Assembly: GCA_963730935.1 (NCBI GenBank)
Contig: CAVSTP010000002.1
Location: forward strand, 288,001-352,000
Direction: 5' to 3'
Length of the DNA stretch: 64,000 nucleotides
Source: an uncultured Nitrospiraceae bacterium
GTDB lineage: Bacteria; Nitrospirota; Nitrospiria; Nitrospirales; Nitrospiraceae
In this document: piece by piece, positions 49,163 to 59,272 of the stretch
Layout of the letters: every line of letters starts with the position of its first letter
How positions within the stretch are numbered: the stretch's first letter is position 1
Translations under genes and position numbers: made by a program
The notes under the pieces: generated by a model
What the model was told of the DNA's origin: nothing
The model's database searches: none
The model's input: only the letters and a program-made list of their open reading frames with translations

Positions 49163-51154
49163 ATGAAGGATATGAACCAGGATTCCCTTAACAATGCTCG
49201 CCTCGCCGCAATCGTCAATTCGGCCGACGATGCGATCCTCAGCAAGACCCTCGAGGGCGTGATTACCAGCTGGAATCCCGGCGCTGAGCGGATGTTTGGA
49301 TACAGCGCTGAGGAGATGATTGGTCAACCGATTCTCCGCTTGATTCCTCCAGAGCGTCAGACGGAGGAAGATGAGATCTTGGCGAGGCTTCGAGCGGGGG
49401 AGAGAATCGAACAGTATGAGACCGTGCGTCGGAAGAAGGACGGGACGCTCATTGATGTCTCTCTCACCATTTCACCCATGAGAGATCAGTCAGGTGGCAT
49501 CATCGGAGCCTCTAAGATCATTCGTGATATCACCGACCGCAAGCGAATAGAGCAAGTCTCCGCACATCTCGCCGCGATTGTCACGTCCGCCGACGATGCC
49601 ATCCTCAGCAAGACCCTCGAGGGCGTAATTACCACCTGGAATCCCGGCGCGGAGCGCATGTTTGGCTACAGCGCTGAGGAGATGATTGGTCAACTCGTTC
49701 TCCGCTTGATTCCCCCAGACCGTCAGACAGAGGAAGTTGAAATCTTGGCGCGGCTTCGAGCGGGAAAGCGGATCCAACACTATGAGACCGTGCGTCAGAA
49801 GAAGGACGGGACGCTCTTCGACGTCTCTCTCACCATTTCGCCCATGAGGAACCAAGCGGGTCAGATCATTGGAGCCTGTAAAATCATTCGTGATATCAGC
49901 GAGCGTAAGCAAACTGAGCTCTATCTCAAGGAGAGCCAGCAACGATTGCGAGAGTTTGCTGAAGAGTTGGAGCGGCTAGTCGAAAGCCGTACGTCCGAAC
50001 TCGTGCAATCGCAGCAGCAACTACGCGCGTTGGCGGCACAATTGAACTTATCGGAGCAGAAGGAGCGACAACGTCTGGCAGGAGAACTCCACGACTACCT
50101 CGGACAAATGCTGGCGCTCAACCGAATCAAGATCGGTGTCGCCAAAAAACATCCTATGGAAGCATCACTGGCTCGTCTCCTCGAGGAACTGCAATCGACG
50201 ACTGACAAGGCGTTGGCCTATACCCGTTCGCTCGTGGCTCAACTGAGTCCGCCTGTTCTGCAGGAGTTTGGGTTGGCAATGGCACTCCCTTGGCTAGCTC
50301 AGCAAATGTTGGAGCGCGACCTCGTCGTCTCTTTGCAAGTAAAGACACAGATACCTCCCATACCAGAGGATCAAGCGCTCCTGCTCTTTCAATCCATACG
50401 GGAACTATTGCTCAATTGCATCAAGCATGCTCAGGTGCCACAGGCCGTGGTAGCGCTGGAGTGCAAAGAGGAAGCGCTCTATGTCACTGTTGCGGATCAA
50501 GGATTAGGATTCGATCCCTCTGTGATGCTTTCGGCGAAACAGACCCCAGAGACAGTGAACAAGTATGGTCTTTTTAGCATCCGCGAGCGAATGCTCTCCT
50601 TGGGGGGACGCCTTGAACTCCAATCCTCTCCAGGCAACGGCACGGTAGCCACGCTAGTATTCCCCATTACAACTACTTTGATAGAGATGCCTGCCTCTGC
50701 CGAGGCCTTGAGCACAAAAGAGAACGGAACCAAACGGGCAAATGGCGCAAAGACCTCTTCAATCCCCGGTGGGAAAACCCTATTACTCGTCGTAGACGAT
50801 CATGCGATGGTCCGTCAAGGGTTGTGCAGCCTCTTGGATGCATACGAGGATATCCACGTGGTCGGTGAAGCCAGCAATGGCAAGGAAGCCATCGAGTTGG
50901 CCTCTCGATTAAAGCCTGACGTGATTCTTCTGGATGTGACCATGCCGGACATTGACGGGATCGAAGTGACCAAGCGGATCAAATCCGACCATCCCCACGT
51001 ACTGATCATTGGAATGTCAGTTCACAGTGCCGAACAGGTGGAAAGAGCGATGTCCAACGCCGGCGCGTCAGCATTCATCCATAAAGAGGCCGCTGTAGAT
51101 AAACTTCACCAAACTATTCTAGCGGTTCGGCAATCCGCGGGAAAAACCAAATGA
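49163..51154 (+). CDS. Hybrid sensor kinase PAS-PAS-HisKA_3-HATPase-REC
   Basis: Two PAS repeats, ERQRLAGELHDYLGQ H-box, NCIKHA, DQGLGFD, GLFSIRER, C-terminal VDDH/LLDVTMP REC. Confidence 0.95.
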   Translation: MKDMNQDSLNNARLAAIVNSADDAILSKTLEGVITSWNPGAERMFGYSAEEMIGQPILRLIPPERQTEEDEILARLRAGERIEQYETVRRKKDGTLIDVSLTISPMRDQSGGIIGASKIIRDITDRKRIEQVSAHLAAIVTSADDAILSKTLEGVITTWNPGAERMFGYSAEEMIGQLVLRLIPPDRQTEEVEILARLRAGKRIQHYETVRQKKDGTLFDVSLTISPMRNQAGQIIGACKIIRDISERKQTELYLKESQQRLREFAEELERLVESRTSELVQSQQQLRALAAQLNLSEQKERQRLAGELHDYLGQMLALNRIKIGVAKKHPMEASLARLLEELQSTTDKALAYTRSLVAQLSPPVLQEFGLAMALPWLAQQMLERDLVVSLQVKTQIPPIPEDQALLLFQSIRELLLNCIKHAQVPQAVVALECKEEALYVTVADQGLGFDPSVMLSAKQTPETVNKYGLFSIRERMLSLGGRLELQSSPGNGTVATLVFPITTTLIEMPASAEALSTKENGTKRANGAKTSSIPGGKTLLLVVDDHAMVRQGLCSLLDAYEDIHVVGEASNGKEAIELASRLKPDVILLDVTMPDIDGIEVTKRIKSDHPHVLIIGMSVHSAEQVERAMSNAGASAFIHKEAAVDKLHQTILAVRQSAGKTK

Positions 51155-51591
51155 ACAATTGTCAGTGTGTCGCTGGGTCCTTGGTCCGACAAGATACCCT
51201 TGACACTTGATGAGGTAGATTCTCGCCAAGTTAGGGGTGCCGTCTTCACCCTCCGTAACCATCAATCATCCGTTCCGTGTCAGCTGCTGAAACAGTCAAA
51301 AAGAACATATTGCGGCAGACCGCCTGAGCCTAAAGCTAATCGTGACGTGATAGAGGGAATGATGGCTCGAAGAGTGCTCTTCTCAAGCGAGGGGATCTCC
51401 GTAAACGGCTCCTTCGCATTGTGAGGAAGAGAAAGATTTGTGATCTGGATGAACTGATACTGGAATGTACGTCCTACAGTTGGACGCAGGTCTTTCTCGA
51501 AGTGGACGATCTGAGTCGCAGTGGTGAACTCTGTTGCTGTGCAAGAAGGCGGGCGAGTACGCCGTTACCCTTCCTCGGGCTGCATAATCCG

Positions 51592-51864
51592 TTATCGTGA
51601 TTCGTTCCACCACTGTTCGCAGTCGCCTGCGTCGACAACGTCGGTGCAGAAGTCAATCAGAGCACTAAGCCCCAGCTCAAATCGCAATCTATTTCCATCT
51701 TCAAATGCCCCATCCAGAACCGTCAGACAATCCTGAAAAAAGGGTTGCTTTTCCACCAGGGCAGGAACACTTTCTATTCTCGTAATTGCTAAACCCCATT
51801 CCCGTTCCCACTCATCGGCAGTCCATCTGGATCGCTTTCTGACGATTATTCGCCTGTTTCTCAT
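51592..51864 (-). CDS. Small hypothetical protein (paralog of 19915-20178)
   Basis: GAGGAGG SD; LDGAF and GDCEQWW shared. Confidence 0.75.
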   Translation of the reverse strand: MRNRRIIVRKRSRWTADEWEREWGLAITRIESVPALVEKQPFFQDCLTVLDGAFEDGNRLRFELGLSALIDFCTDVVDAGDCEQWWNESR

Positions 51865-52440
51865 TATTATCCTCCTCGGTGGGGGACGGCATGGCGTATT
51901 CTAGGTCCAGACGACTCGTTCTCGATTCAGGAGGTACTCAATCACCTCCATGCTGTCGCGCATTTGAGTTCGAGCGCCCTCGGACATAGGAATGACAGCG
52001 CCATAAATTCTGCCAGGCTCGATTTCGTCGAGTGAGGGGATACCTCCAGGTCCTCGGCGTTCGCCCTCTTCTTTATGACTTGCCACGTCTTGATCTCCCT
52101 TGTTAAACCGTCTATTCCGAAGCATATGACTGGGATACTGCTTAGTCACGTCATATCCAAGTTATTGACAACAGTTTTTTGTTTATCTGAATCCTTTTCG
52201 GCGAGTGGGAAACAAGGGTTCAGTTCCGGACCTTTAGACTCTGCACACCTGCAAATCGTGTGGTATCTGGTATAAGGAGTTAAAAACCAGCGAGGTCAGC
52301 CCTTCTGTGGTGTTTTCTCCTGAGGCGTGGTCTTTTTACGACTCTATTCGTGGCAAGAACGACATACCCAGCTTCGAAAATTGTGTAGTCCTTCGCTTCG
52401 TACGCTCGCGTTATGAGCATTTCCCGTTTCAGACCATTCG

Positions 52441-52456
52441 TGGTACTGTGTTTGCT
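52441..52456 (+). promoter_or_regulatory. Sigma54 -24/-12 promoter candidate
   Basis: TGGTACTGTGTTTGCT matches TGGYAC-N5-TTGCW, about 55 bp upstream of ORF 52510. Confidence 0.6.
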
Positions 52457-52509
52457 ACGTAGTTACCTTACTTTCCTTATTCTTAATTCTTATATCCAGA
52501 GAGGCGCTA

Positions 52510-52710
52510 ATGTATCAGTTCCAAAGAGAGGACACCGCATTGCAGGCAGCAAGGCTTCTGGCAGTGTACGAGAGAGCACCAATTCTAGTGATGGCCCGCG
52601 GTATGAGGGCGCTGTATACCATCGGTCCTCTAAACAATCCAGCCGTTCATAAGGCCGGTCAACATATGGCTACGGTTTATCGTTCTGGGCGTGTCGACTA
52701 TATGGGGTGA
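52510..52710 (+). CDS. Small hypothetical protein
   Basis: GAGG SD and sigma54-like promoter upstream. Confidence 0.5.
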   Translation: MYQFQREDTALQAARLLAVYERAPILVMARGMRALYTIGPLNNPAVHKAGQHMATVYRSGRVDYMG

Positions 52711-52789
52711 ACGTGATGTCCCCTCCCTTGGTGCTCTCACAAGTGGAAGAGCCACAGATGCTAAAAATTCGCTGGAAGTCCTAAACCAA

Positions 52790-52873
52790 GTCCGCAGCGA
52801 TATCATCAGAGACGAACCCTGGAACTAGGGTCAGCGCTACCAGCGTTTAGCCTGGTGTGGGTCGAGGGATTGT
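52790..52873 (-). repeat. Dispersed non-coding repeat, diverged copy 3
   Basis: Reverse complement AAACGCTGGTAGCGCTGACCCTAGTTCCAGGGTTCGT aligns to copies 1 and 2. Confidence 0.7.
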
Positions 52874-53056
52874 TTTCTAACAACTGTCTGGACGATCTGA
52901 TTAAGAGAACGATTTTACCCCGCCGCTTCGAATCGCGCTGAAGCAAGAGAGCTAGGGCCTAGCCCAGTTTCGGCAACCTGCTTTTCCCGCTACTGCTATG
53001 AATCTGTAGTATCACTCCCTTTCGCGCGTATCCAAAACAAGAAAATGGAGGGATTT

Positions 53057-53856
53057 ATGGCGCAACCTTTTCTAGGGGGACTTGCCTTACTATTGTCGGT
53101 CATAGTGTTTATGTCCGTTGCTGATGCCGCCTCTGAGCGAGCCGGGACTGATACACAGCTGCTTTCCGGGGATCGGGTTCTTCTCGGTACGGTAGAGGAA
53201 GTGAGAAGTGATCAGGCCAGAATCAATACCGGGGAAGGGCAGCCGCGGTTCGTTCCGATGAACGTGCGAAAGGATAAGGGATTGTTGGACTTGAAAAAGG
53301 GAGATCAGGTTGAGATCACCGTCAATGACCAGAATCTGCTCGTGGATGTACATAAGGTTGGAGAGTCAAGCCACCATCGTGTTATTCAAGGTCAACTTGC
53401 CGAGCCCTTGGACACCGGGCACGATAAGGCGGTGATTCGTACAAGGAAGGGAAGAAGAGTCTCACCTGTGCGACCGGTCGCACGAGTAAGGTGGCCTCGA
53501 TTCCCGTCGGGGCAGATGTCACCTTTCTCATTGACGAGTTGGATAAGATCGTCGATGTGACAATGGGGACTACCGAATCCATTCATCGATCGGCGGAACT
53601 CGGGCAACAGAAATCGCCCCTCAAGGGTAACCTGAGCCAGATCGCAGGTGTCATTGTCACGCCCTTAAAGAACAATACCATTGTCATTCGCACCGAGGAT
53701 GGCAAGGAGCACGCGTATGAAGCGCGCCCGCTCATTCAGGAGAGACTTGCCCAGTTATCCCGAGGCCAATCCGCCACGTTGTTAGTGGACGCCGAGCAAC
53801 AAGTAGCGGACGTGTCCTTTAACCAGGCGGAAAAAAGTAAACCCAGGCAGAGATGA
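53057..53856 (+). pseudogene. Exported protein with three OB-like repeats, frameshifted near 53440-53490
   Basis: ORFs 53045-53560 and 53491-53856 join into one protein with signal peptide and internal repeats. Confidence 0.7.
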
Positions 53857-53921
53857 AAATGCACTGCCGGAAATTTGATCACCATGACAGAATTTCTCCC
53901 GCTTGAAATCAGGAGGCACAC

Positions 53922-54395
53922 ATGCGCAAGCAAATCATTGGCGAAAAACAGGAGAAAACCGCATCTGCTGAGCAGGATTGGTTGAACGTGGAGGGACTGG
54001 CAGAGGTGGAAATCACCTCAGAGGACGCCGCTCATCCCATTGAGTCGGCGTTGCTGCCTGGTCAGAATTCGGGGTGGCGGGCCGCAGAGGCCGGGAAGCA
54101 GACGATCCGACTCCTCTTTAACCATCCGCAACGGCTGCGGCGGATCTGGATGAATTTCGTGGAGCCCCAAACTGAACGCACCCAAGAGTACGTCTTGCGT
54201 TGGTCGCCGGATAGCGGGCAGTCCTTCCGTGAAATTGTTCGGCAGCAGTGGAACTTCAGTCCCCCAAGCACCACGAACGAGACCGAAGATCATCATGTCG
54301 AACTCCCGGCGGTCACGATGCTCGAGTTGAGCATCATTCCAGACATCAGCGGAGGGAATGCGCTCGCGTCGTTGGCGCAGCTGCGGCTTGCCTAA
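53922..54395 (+). CDS. Discoidin/galactose-binding-like domain protein
   Basis: Paralog of 44873-45349; CAGGAGG SD. Confidence 0.82.
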   Translation: MRKQIIGEKQEKTASAEQDWLNVEGLAEVEITSEDAAHPIESALLPGQNSGWRAAEAGKQTIRLLFNHPQRLRRIWMNFVEPQTERTQEYVLRWSPDSGQSFREIVRQQWNFSPPSTTNETEDHHVELPAVTMLELSIIPDISGGNALASLAQLRLA

Positions 54396-54621
54396 CTTCC
54401 CCAAGTTCGTTAGGTCGCCGTCGTAGTAATGCAAGATTCTACTCTCACCAAGTTTTATGCGGCCACGCAAAACCTGCGTCCATGACGGGTTTAGCCAGCT
54501 CGTGAGCTAGCTGTTACCGTTACGTTAGGCAAGGCAGTGAGTTTTTCAGAGGCGTTGTTTGACAAGCTGTTCAGAATGTGCGGATAGATTGCCACTGCCG
54601 GCATGGTATGACATAAGCATA

Positions 54622-54927
54622 ATGTCTATGAGTCGTACTAATCTGGACCCTCTGATCACCTTCCCTGATGGCTCGCATCTGCTCATTAGTACCCAATGTT
54701 CCAAACAAGGAGAGTTTTCCTGTGCTCTCTACACGGCCATCATTGCACCTGATGATAGTGCCTCTTTTCAGATGGTCTCAAGTCACCTCGAAGCATCAAC
54801 GTGTCTCAGTGCTCAAGAACATGCCTACGATCATGCCGTCCAACTCTTCCCGCGTGCAGTTGAACGAATGAAAAAGCCACCTTACCTGATATGGCAGGGT
54901 CCCCCCCCTAATACATGTTTATTCTAG
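54622..54927 (+). CDS. Hypothetical protein
   Basis: Protein-like ORF (LDPLITFPDGSHL...KKPPYLIW). Confidence 0.6.
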   Translation: MSMSRTNLDPLITFPDGSHLLISTQCSKQGEFSCALYTAIIAPDDSASFQMVSSHLEASTCLSAQEHAYDHAVQLFPRAVERMKKPPYLIWQGPPPNTCLF

Positions 54928-55397
54928 TTTTTCTCCGGACACGAAGGGCAGCATCGGCCTAACAGCACACTCGAGGCCACCATGGAAAAAGGTCCGGCAA
55001 ATAATAGTTGCATCGGGCTCACCAGCTTCCGACGCTAGCGACCTCTTCCCAGCGTATCTACTACGATCCTTCGTATCTTTTTCAATCCGATTCCCGGGAT
55101 TCATTAGCGACTCGTGCAGTGCCACGCGTCTCCCTAATCGACCCCTTTAAGTCTTTGATATAGCTAGTCTCCCAGCTTCTTGTTCATTGAAATATTTTAT
55201 CTATCCGATTGGTCCAGCAGTTGCTCATATGTCGTTCAACATGGGTAATGGAAATGAAGCCATGAGAAGTATCCTCGATTATGTGCTCGTCCTGACAGTG
55301 CGATTAGGTGCAGGCTCTACGCTCGTGATGTTGAAGAATCTCTGGCCCTAGGAAGAGAGCGTGAAAATAGATTCCCGCTTCTCCGAAGGAGGTTGCG

Positions 55398-55766
55398 ATG
55401 AAACACGTTATGGCAGTCATCATAGGGTGTAATCTAGTTGTCTCTGCTTTCGTGGTTGTAGATTCGGACGCCTGGAGCGGCTGTACTATTGAGCAGCGGA
55501 TTGAACTAGGCAATCAGGGATATGGGAGGGATGAGGTGGAAAAGGCCTGCAGTCAAAGCGGGAATGGTTTCTGGAAGAATGGTCTTACAGATGCCTTGGA
55601 CAAAGCATTAGGAGGAAGCGGAAATAGCTATGCTTCATCGGCCACTCACGGTGCGAGTATGTGCAGTACGAATTACGGGAGCTGCCCCCTGTCAGGAGGG
55701 CCTATGGGCTATCCCTGCTATTGTCCCGGATGGAATGGTTACACAATCACGGGCATCTCAAAATAA
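55398..55766 (+). CDS. Secreted Cys-rich protein
   Basis: AAGGAGGT SD, signal peptide, MCSTNYGSCP...GYPCYC. Confidence 0.7.
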   Translation: MKHVMAVIIGCNLVVSAFVVVDSDAWSGCTIEQRIELGNQGYGRDEVEKACSQSGNGFWKNGLTDALDKALGGSGNSYASSATHGASMCSTNYGSCPLSGGPMGYPCYCPGWNGYTITGISK

Positions 55767-56050
55767 ATCTACTCCAGACTGGGGCTTCCAAGTCAGCTAT
55801 CCGCCCGCATGGGCGGCAGGGTACACACTCGAAAAAGACCCGCTGTTATTCCGGCATGCTGTAGTCCGCGTGTCTTGCAGTAATGGAGTCGAACCGTTTT
55901 CATAAACAGCAATTCGCCAGTCTGGCTAGGCGTGGGAGTCCTCATGAGGCCAGCCGCCCTGCCTGAACATGGCCGGGGGGCCTCTTCTCCCAGGTTGGAA
56001 GGAATAATTTTCAGTTTGTCGTCAGGCCGGCCCGGCACACCGCGTCGAAC

Positions 56051-56069
56051 ACGGACAACGCACGGACAC
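56051..56069 (+). repeat. Tandem ACGGACA repeats, putative integrase arm sites
   Basis: Same motif and 11 bp period as 30521-30539. Confidence 0.5.
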
Positions 56070-56261
56070 CAGGCCAGCGCACCGTTACTTTCTATAGGGT
56101 TGTGAAGGCACGTTGGGTCTAGAACCTACCGTTCCTACCGCAGACAAAAGAAGGATGAGTTTCTGAAGGACCATATTCGGCATCGGCCTGACTATCTGAA
56201 AGGATGGCGGGCATTGATGAGGGATTAGTAGTCGAGTGCGGGGATGAATTAGCGGACTAAC

Positions 56262-56657
56262 CTATTTGCTGCGCGTTGATGGACGTTCCATGCGGCCACG
56301 AATGGCTTCTAAGTCTGAGGTCAGTTTCTGAAGATTCACAGCGATAATTTTACTATGCTCTGCATCATCCATGTAATGTTGACGCATCTCGTGGGTAAAG
56401 GCATCAAGCTTCGTAGTCACACTATCCAACTTGTCATAAATACGTTTGACGCGCTCCTCGTCTGTCGAATCAACTTTCTGAACTTGTGTTCCCATTTCCT
56501 TAATTGCATCTTCAGCTTGAACCACGCGGGCGCCTAGGTTCCCAACATAAACTGCGCCTACAATGACGCCTCCAATTATGGTCACAACAAGTGCTAAGGC
56601 TACTGCATGATCAGTAATGAACCACCATAGCTGACGCATGGATTCGTCTCGTGCCAT
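56262..56657 (-). CDS. Membrane-anchored coiled-coil protein
   Basis: GGAGG SD, one TM helix then heptad-rich region. Confidence 0.7.
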   Translation of the reverse strand: MARDESMRQLWWFITDHAVALALVVTIIGGVIVGAVYVGNLGARVVQAEDAIKEMGTQVQKVDSTDEERVKRIYDKLDSVTTKLDAFTHEMRQHYMDDAEHSKIIAVNLQKLTSDLEAIRGRMERPSTRSK

Positions 56658-56739
56658 TAATCCACCTCCCAGAAACAACCTCCCAGATTATACCCCCCTT
56701 CCTTACCACTATCCAAAAGGAATACACGAGGGAAACTCA

Positions 56740-57975
56740 CTACCGGATCTTCACAAGATTGGATTTGGCCGACAGAGAGGCAAGATAGTCGCAAGTGCGC
56801 TTCATGGCCTGGCGGAGATCCTCTTCGGAGATGATGTTGTATCGGGAGAAGATTGAGGGGGTGCGATGGCCGGAAATCTGTCGAGCCACGTCAGGGTTGA
56901 CGCCTGCCCGTACCATATTACGGACAGCAGATCGTCGGCAGTCATGGGGGATGGGATACACTTCCACGGTGTGTCCGGTCACTGGGTGACGTTCGACCTT
57001 CACGAGACCGGCCGCACGACACGCACGCTTCCAGACTTTTCTGAACGTCCCCATCTGCTCCCCTCTCCGATGGAAGATATATTGGCAATCCATCTGCCTC
57101 GCGGCCAGCCGTCGCTCAATAACCTCTCGCAAGTCATTCTCCAAGGGGATCGCTCTCCCCTTCCGGTTCTTTGAATCCCTGGCGTGAAGGCGAATGGTCC
57201 AGGTTTCTCGATCGAAGTCAGCCCAGGTCAGCGCCTTCGTTTCGCCCGTTCGCATGCCGGTGAAAAAGCACCAGGCCATGTAGTCTTGGAGGTCACTGTC
57301 GGGCTTTCCACGAACGGTGAGCCGTGACAGAATTGCTTCGAAGTCTGCCCTATCCAAAAAACCCTGCCTAGCATTATCTTCCGGCAAGCTCTTGATGTAA
57401 GGCACATAGGTCAGGACCTGCTGTTCCTTGGCAAGTGTAAAGGCTCGCTGGAGGCCTTCCAGTTCCCGGTTGATCGTGGCATTCGCGGCCTGTTGCTCTT
57501 GCCGTCGCTCCATATAAGCGTTGATCCGATGTGGCGTCACCTCGAGCACTCGATCGTTCCCGAAGAACGCGCGAATGTGTTTCAAATGCTGTTGCAGGCG
57601 GGAGAGTGATGCCAGACCCCGCAATTCATAATGACGTTCCAGTTCCTCCAGCAGACATAGCACGGTGATCCGTTCTTGCTGTGGCCCGCGAAATGGTTGG
57701 ACGCCAAGCCGATGAGCTGCCAGCTCGTCTTGACGCCGTTTCAGCAGTTTTCTTGCCTCCAGTTCGGTAGCTCCCGCTGACTCACGCACTTCAACGCTTC
57801 GCCCATCCCGCTTCACATAGTAGGCAATCCAATACCGTTGCTTGCGCTGGTAGATCCGTCCTGCTCCATGTGGACGCTTCTTTCGTGGTCGTGATTCACT
57901 GGTGACCAGAGAATCGACTAACGCCTGGTGGGATGGCCAATGCTCATTCACGGTGATTGATTGAGTTCCCCTCAT
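56740..57975 (-). CDS. Tyrosine integrase
   Basis: TGMR, SK, HDCRR, SGH and SRY catalytic residues; N-terminal arm-binding-type domain (GRIYQRK...WIAYY). Confidence 0.95.
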   Translation of the reverse strand: MRGTQSITVNEHWPSHQALVDSLVTSESRPRKKRPHGAGRIYQRKQRYWIAYYVKRDGRSVEVRESAGATELEARKLLKRRQDELAAHRLGVQPFRGPQQERITVLCLLEELERHYELRGLASLSRLQQHLKHIRAFFGNDRVLEVTPHRINAYMERRQEQQAANATINRELEGLQRAFTLAKEQQVLTYVPYIKSLPEDNARQGFLDRADFEAILSRLTVRGKPDSDLQDYMAWCFFTGMRTGETKALTWADFDRETWTIRLHARDSKNRKGRAIPLENDLREVIERRLAARQMDCQYIFHRRGEQMGTFRKVWKRACRAAGLVKVERHPVTGHTVEVYPIPHDCRRSAVRNMVRAGVNPDVARQISGHRTPSIFSRYNIISEEDLRQAMKRTCDYLASLSAKSNLVKIR

Positions 57976-58027
57976 GCATGTGTGATAGTTAACGATATCA
58001 TGCTATCTTAACTATACTCAAGAGGGA

Positions 58028-58345
58028 CTAGTGGCCTTGGTGCCTTCTGATGTACAGCTCAAGCCCATTGTTCGAAAACCTGACATACCTGCCCTGGCGG
58101 ATCATGAAGGGATAGGACCGTGCGTTCCGATAGATAAATCCCTTCGTCACATTAAGCCGAATAGCAACTTCGTCAGCGGTCAGCAGGCGGTCAGGCTGCG
58201 CTTGTACGTTTTTCCCTGTTCCTATGGTCATCTTGAGCCATAACGAGGCTTTCAGCTGCTCCAGGTGTCCCATGAGGAGGGGGCACTGATCAGGGGTGGC
58301 TCTTTCAACGGCTTCCGCTAGGACGCTCCACGTGTCTAGACTCAT
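58028..58345 (-). CDS. Excisionase-type HTH protein
   Basis: RLLTADEVAIRLNVTKGFIYR...GRYVRF, directly upstream of the integrase. Confidence 0.85.
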   Translation of the reverse strand: MSLDTWSVLAEAVERATPDQCPLLMGHLEQLKASLWLKMTIGTGKNVQAQPDRLLTADEVAIRLNVTKGFIYRNARSYPFMIRQGRYVRFSNNGLELYIRRHQGH

Positions 58346-58378
58346 CTCTCTTCGTTCTGGCTTCAGCGAGCCAGCCTT

Positions 58379-58621
58379 TCAACGCTCCACAACCACCACC
58401 ACGCGGTTATCTTCGTTATTTTCACGCATCTCAGTGGGTATCAGCCTGGCCGCAATGCGGTAGAACTCCGTTGGATTCTCTTTGGCCCATTTTGAAAAGG
58501 CTTCATGCCCACCGATGTCATCGTAGACGTGCTGAACAGCCTCACGGAAAGCAGTGGTCAGCCGGTTTGGCACGCCGGGCAGTCTTCCGCCTGTTTTTGG
58601 TTTGCCTGGTAGGAATGGCAT
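58379..58621 (-). CDS. Small terminase-like protein
   Basis: KTGGRLPGVPNRLT...WAKENPTEFYRIAARLIP resembles phage TerS-type proteins; AAGGAG SD. Confidence 0.65.
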   Translation of the reverse strand: MPFLPGKPKTGGRLPGVPNRLTTAFREAVQHVYDDIGGHEAFSKWAKENPTEFYRIAARLIPTEMRENNEDNRVVVVVER

Positions 58622-58650
58622 TCTGTTTCGCTCCTTTTTAGAAATTAGAC

Positions 58651-59058
58651 TTAGTTACCGAGCCCATCCAGGCCATGTTCCCTGACTGTCCACGCGGCCA
58701 GGAGCCGGCCCTTTTCGTTGGTTTGACCCACCGCACGAATGCTTGAAAGGGAAAGGTGTGCTCCATCGGTCAGGACAAGACGCCAGCCTGACCCGTGCCA
58801 CTGGCATTCCTTCACGGTGCCATGCTCCCGTTCGTCTGCGCCGCCCCGAAGTTTGTCGGTCCTGTCGCGATAGACCACAAACCAGCCAGACTCGAGCGGG
58901 GGAATGCGAGCAGGTTCCGAGGGTGGCTGGTCCTCTTCTGAATCCGCTGGAGCATCTGTCGGAACCAGCGGAAGGGGTGCCTTACAGACTAGACAGGCCG
59001 CCCAGTGGACGTTGACCACGGCGTGACACTGAAGGCATCGGCTGACCGTCAGGCTCAT
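58651..59058 (-). CDS. Zn-ribbon-containing hypothetical protein
   Basis: CLQC...CLVC N-terminus; start at MSLTVS. Confidence 0.65.
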   Translation of the reverse strand: MSLTVSRCLQCHAVVNVHWAACLVCKAPLPLVPTDAPADSEEDQPPSEPARIPPLESGWFVVYRDRTDKLRGGADEREHGTVKECQWHGSGWRLVLTDGAHLSLSSIRAVGQTNEKGRLLAAWTVREHGLDGLGN

Positions 59059-59097
59059 ACAGTCCGCCTTTTTCGCATAACCTGACAGGAAACATTG

Positions 59098-59272
59098 AGG
59101 CAACTTCCATGTTGCCTGCTCTGGAAAGAGTTTCCAGGTAGGCAACTCGTACACCCCGCATCTGGAGCAGCGTTCCGCCGAAAGTTTCCTAAATTCCCCC
59201 CGCGATTTCGCAGGAGCAAAATAGGCAACATTTTCACGCGGGAGGCAACTTTTGAGGCAACCATTAGGCAAC
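59098..59272. promoter_or_regulatory. Putative iteron replication origin
   Basis: AGGCAAC at 59098, 59140, 59223, 59243, 59255, 59266 and inverted at 59111. Confidence 0.7.

Noticed and set aside
53440..53495. Programmed ribosomal frameshift
   Set aside because: Several separate shifts are needed and there is no single slippery heptamer; better explained by decay or sequencing error
58651..59271. 206-aa version of the Zn-ribbon ORF
   Set aside because: The N-terminal extension reads through the iteron array; the start at 59058 is more plausible
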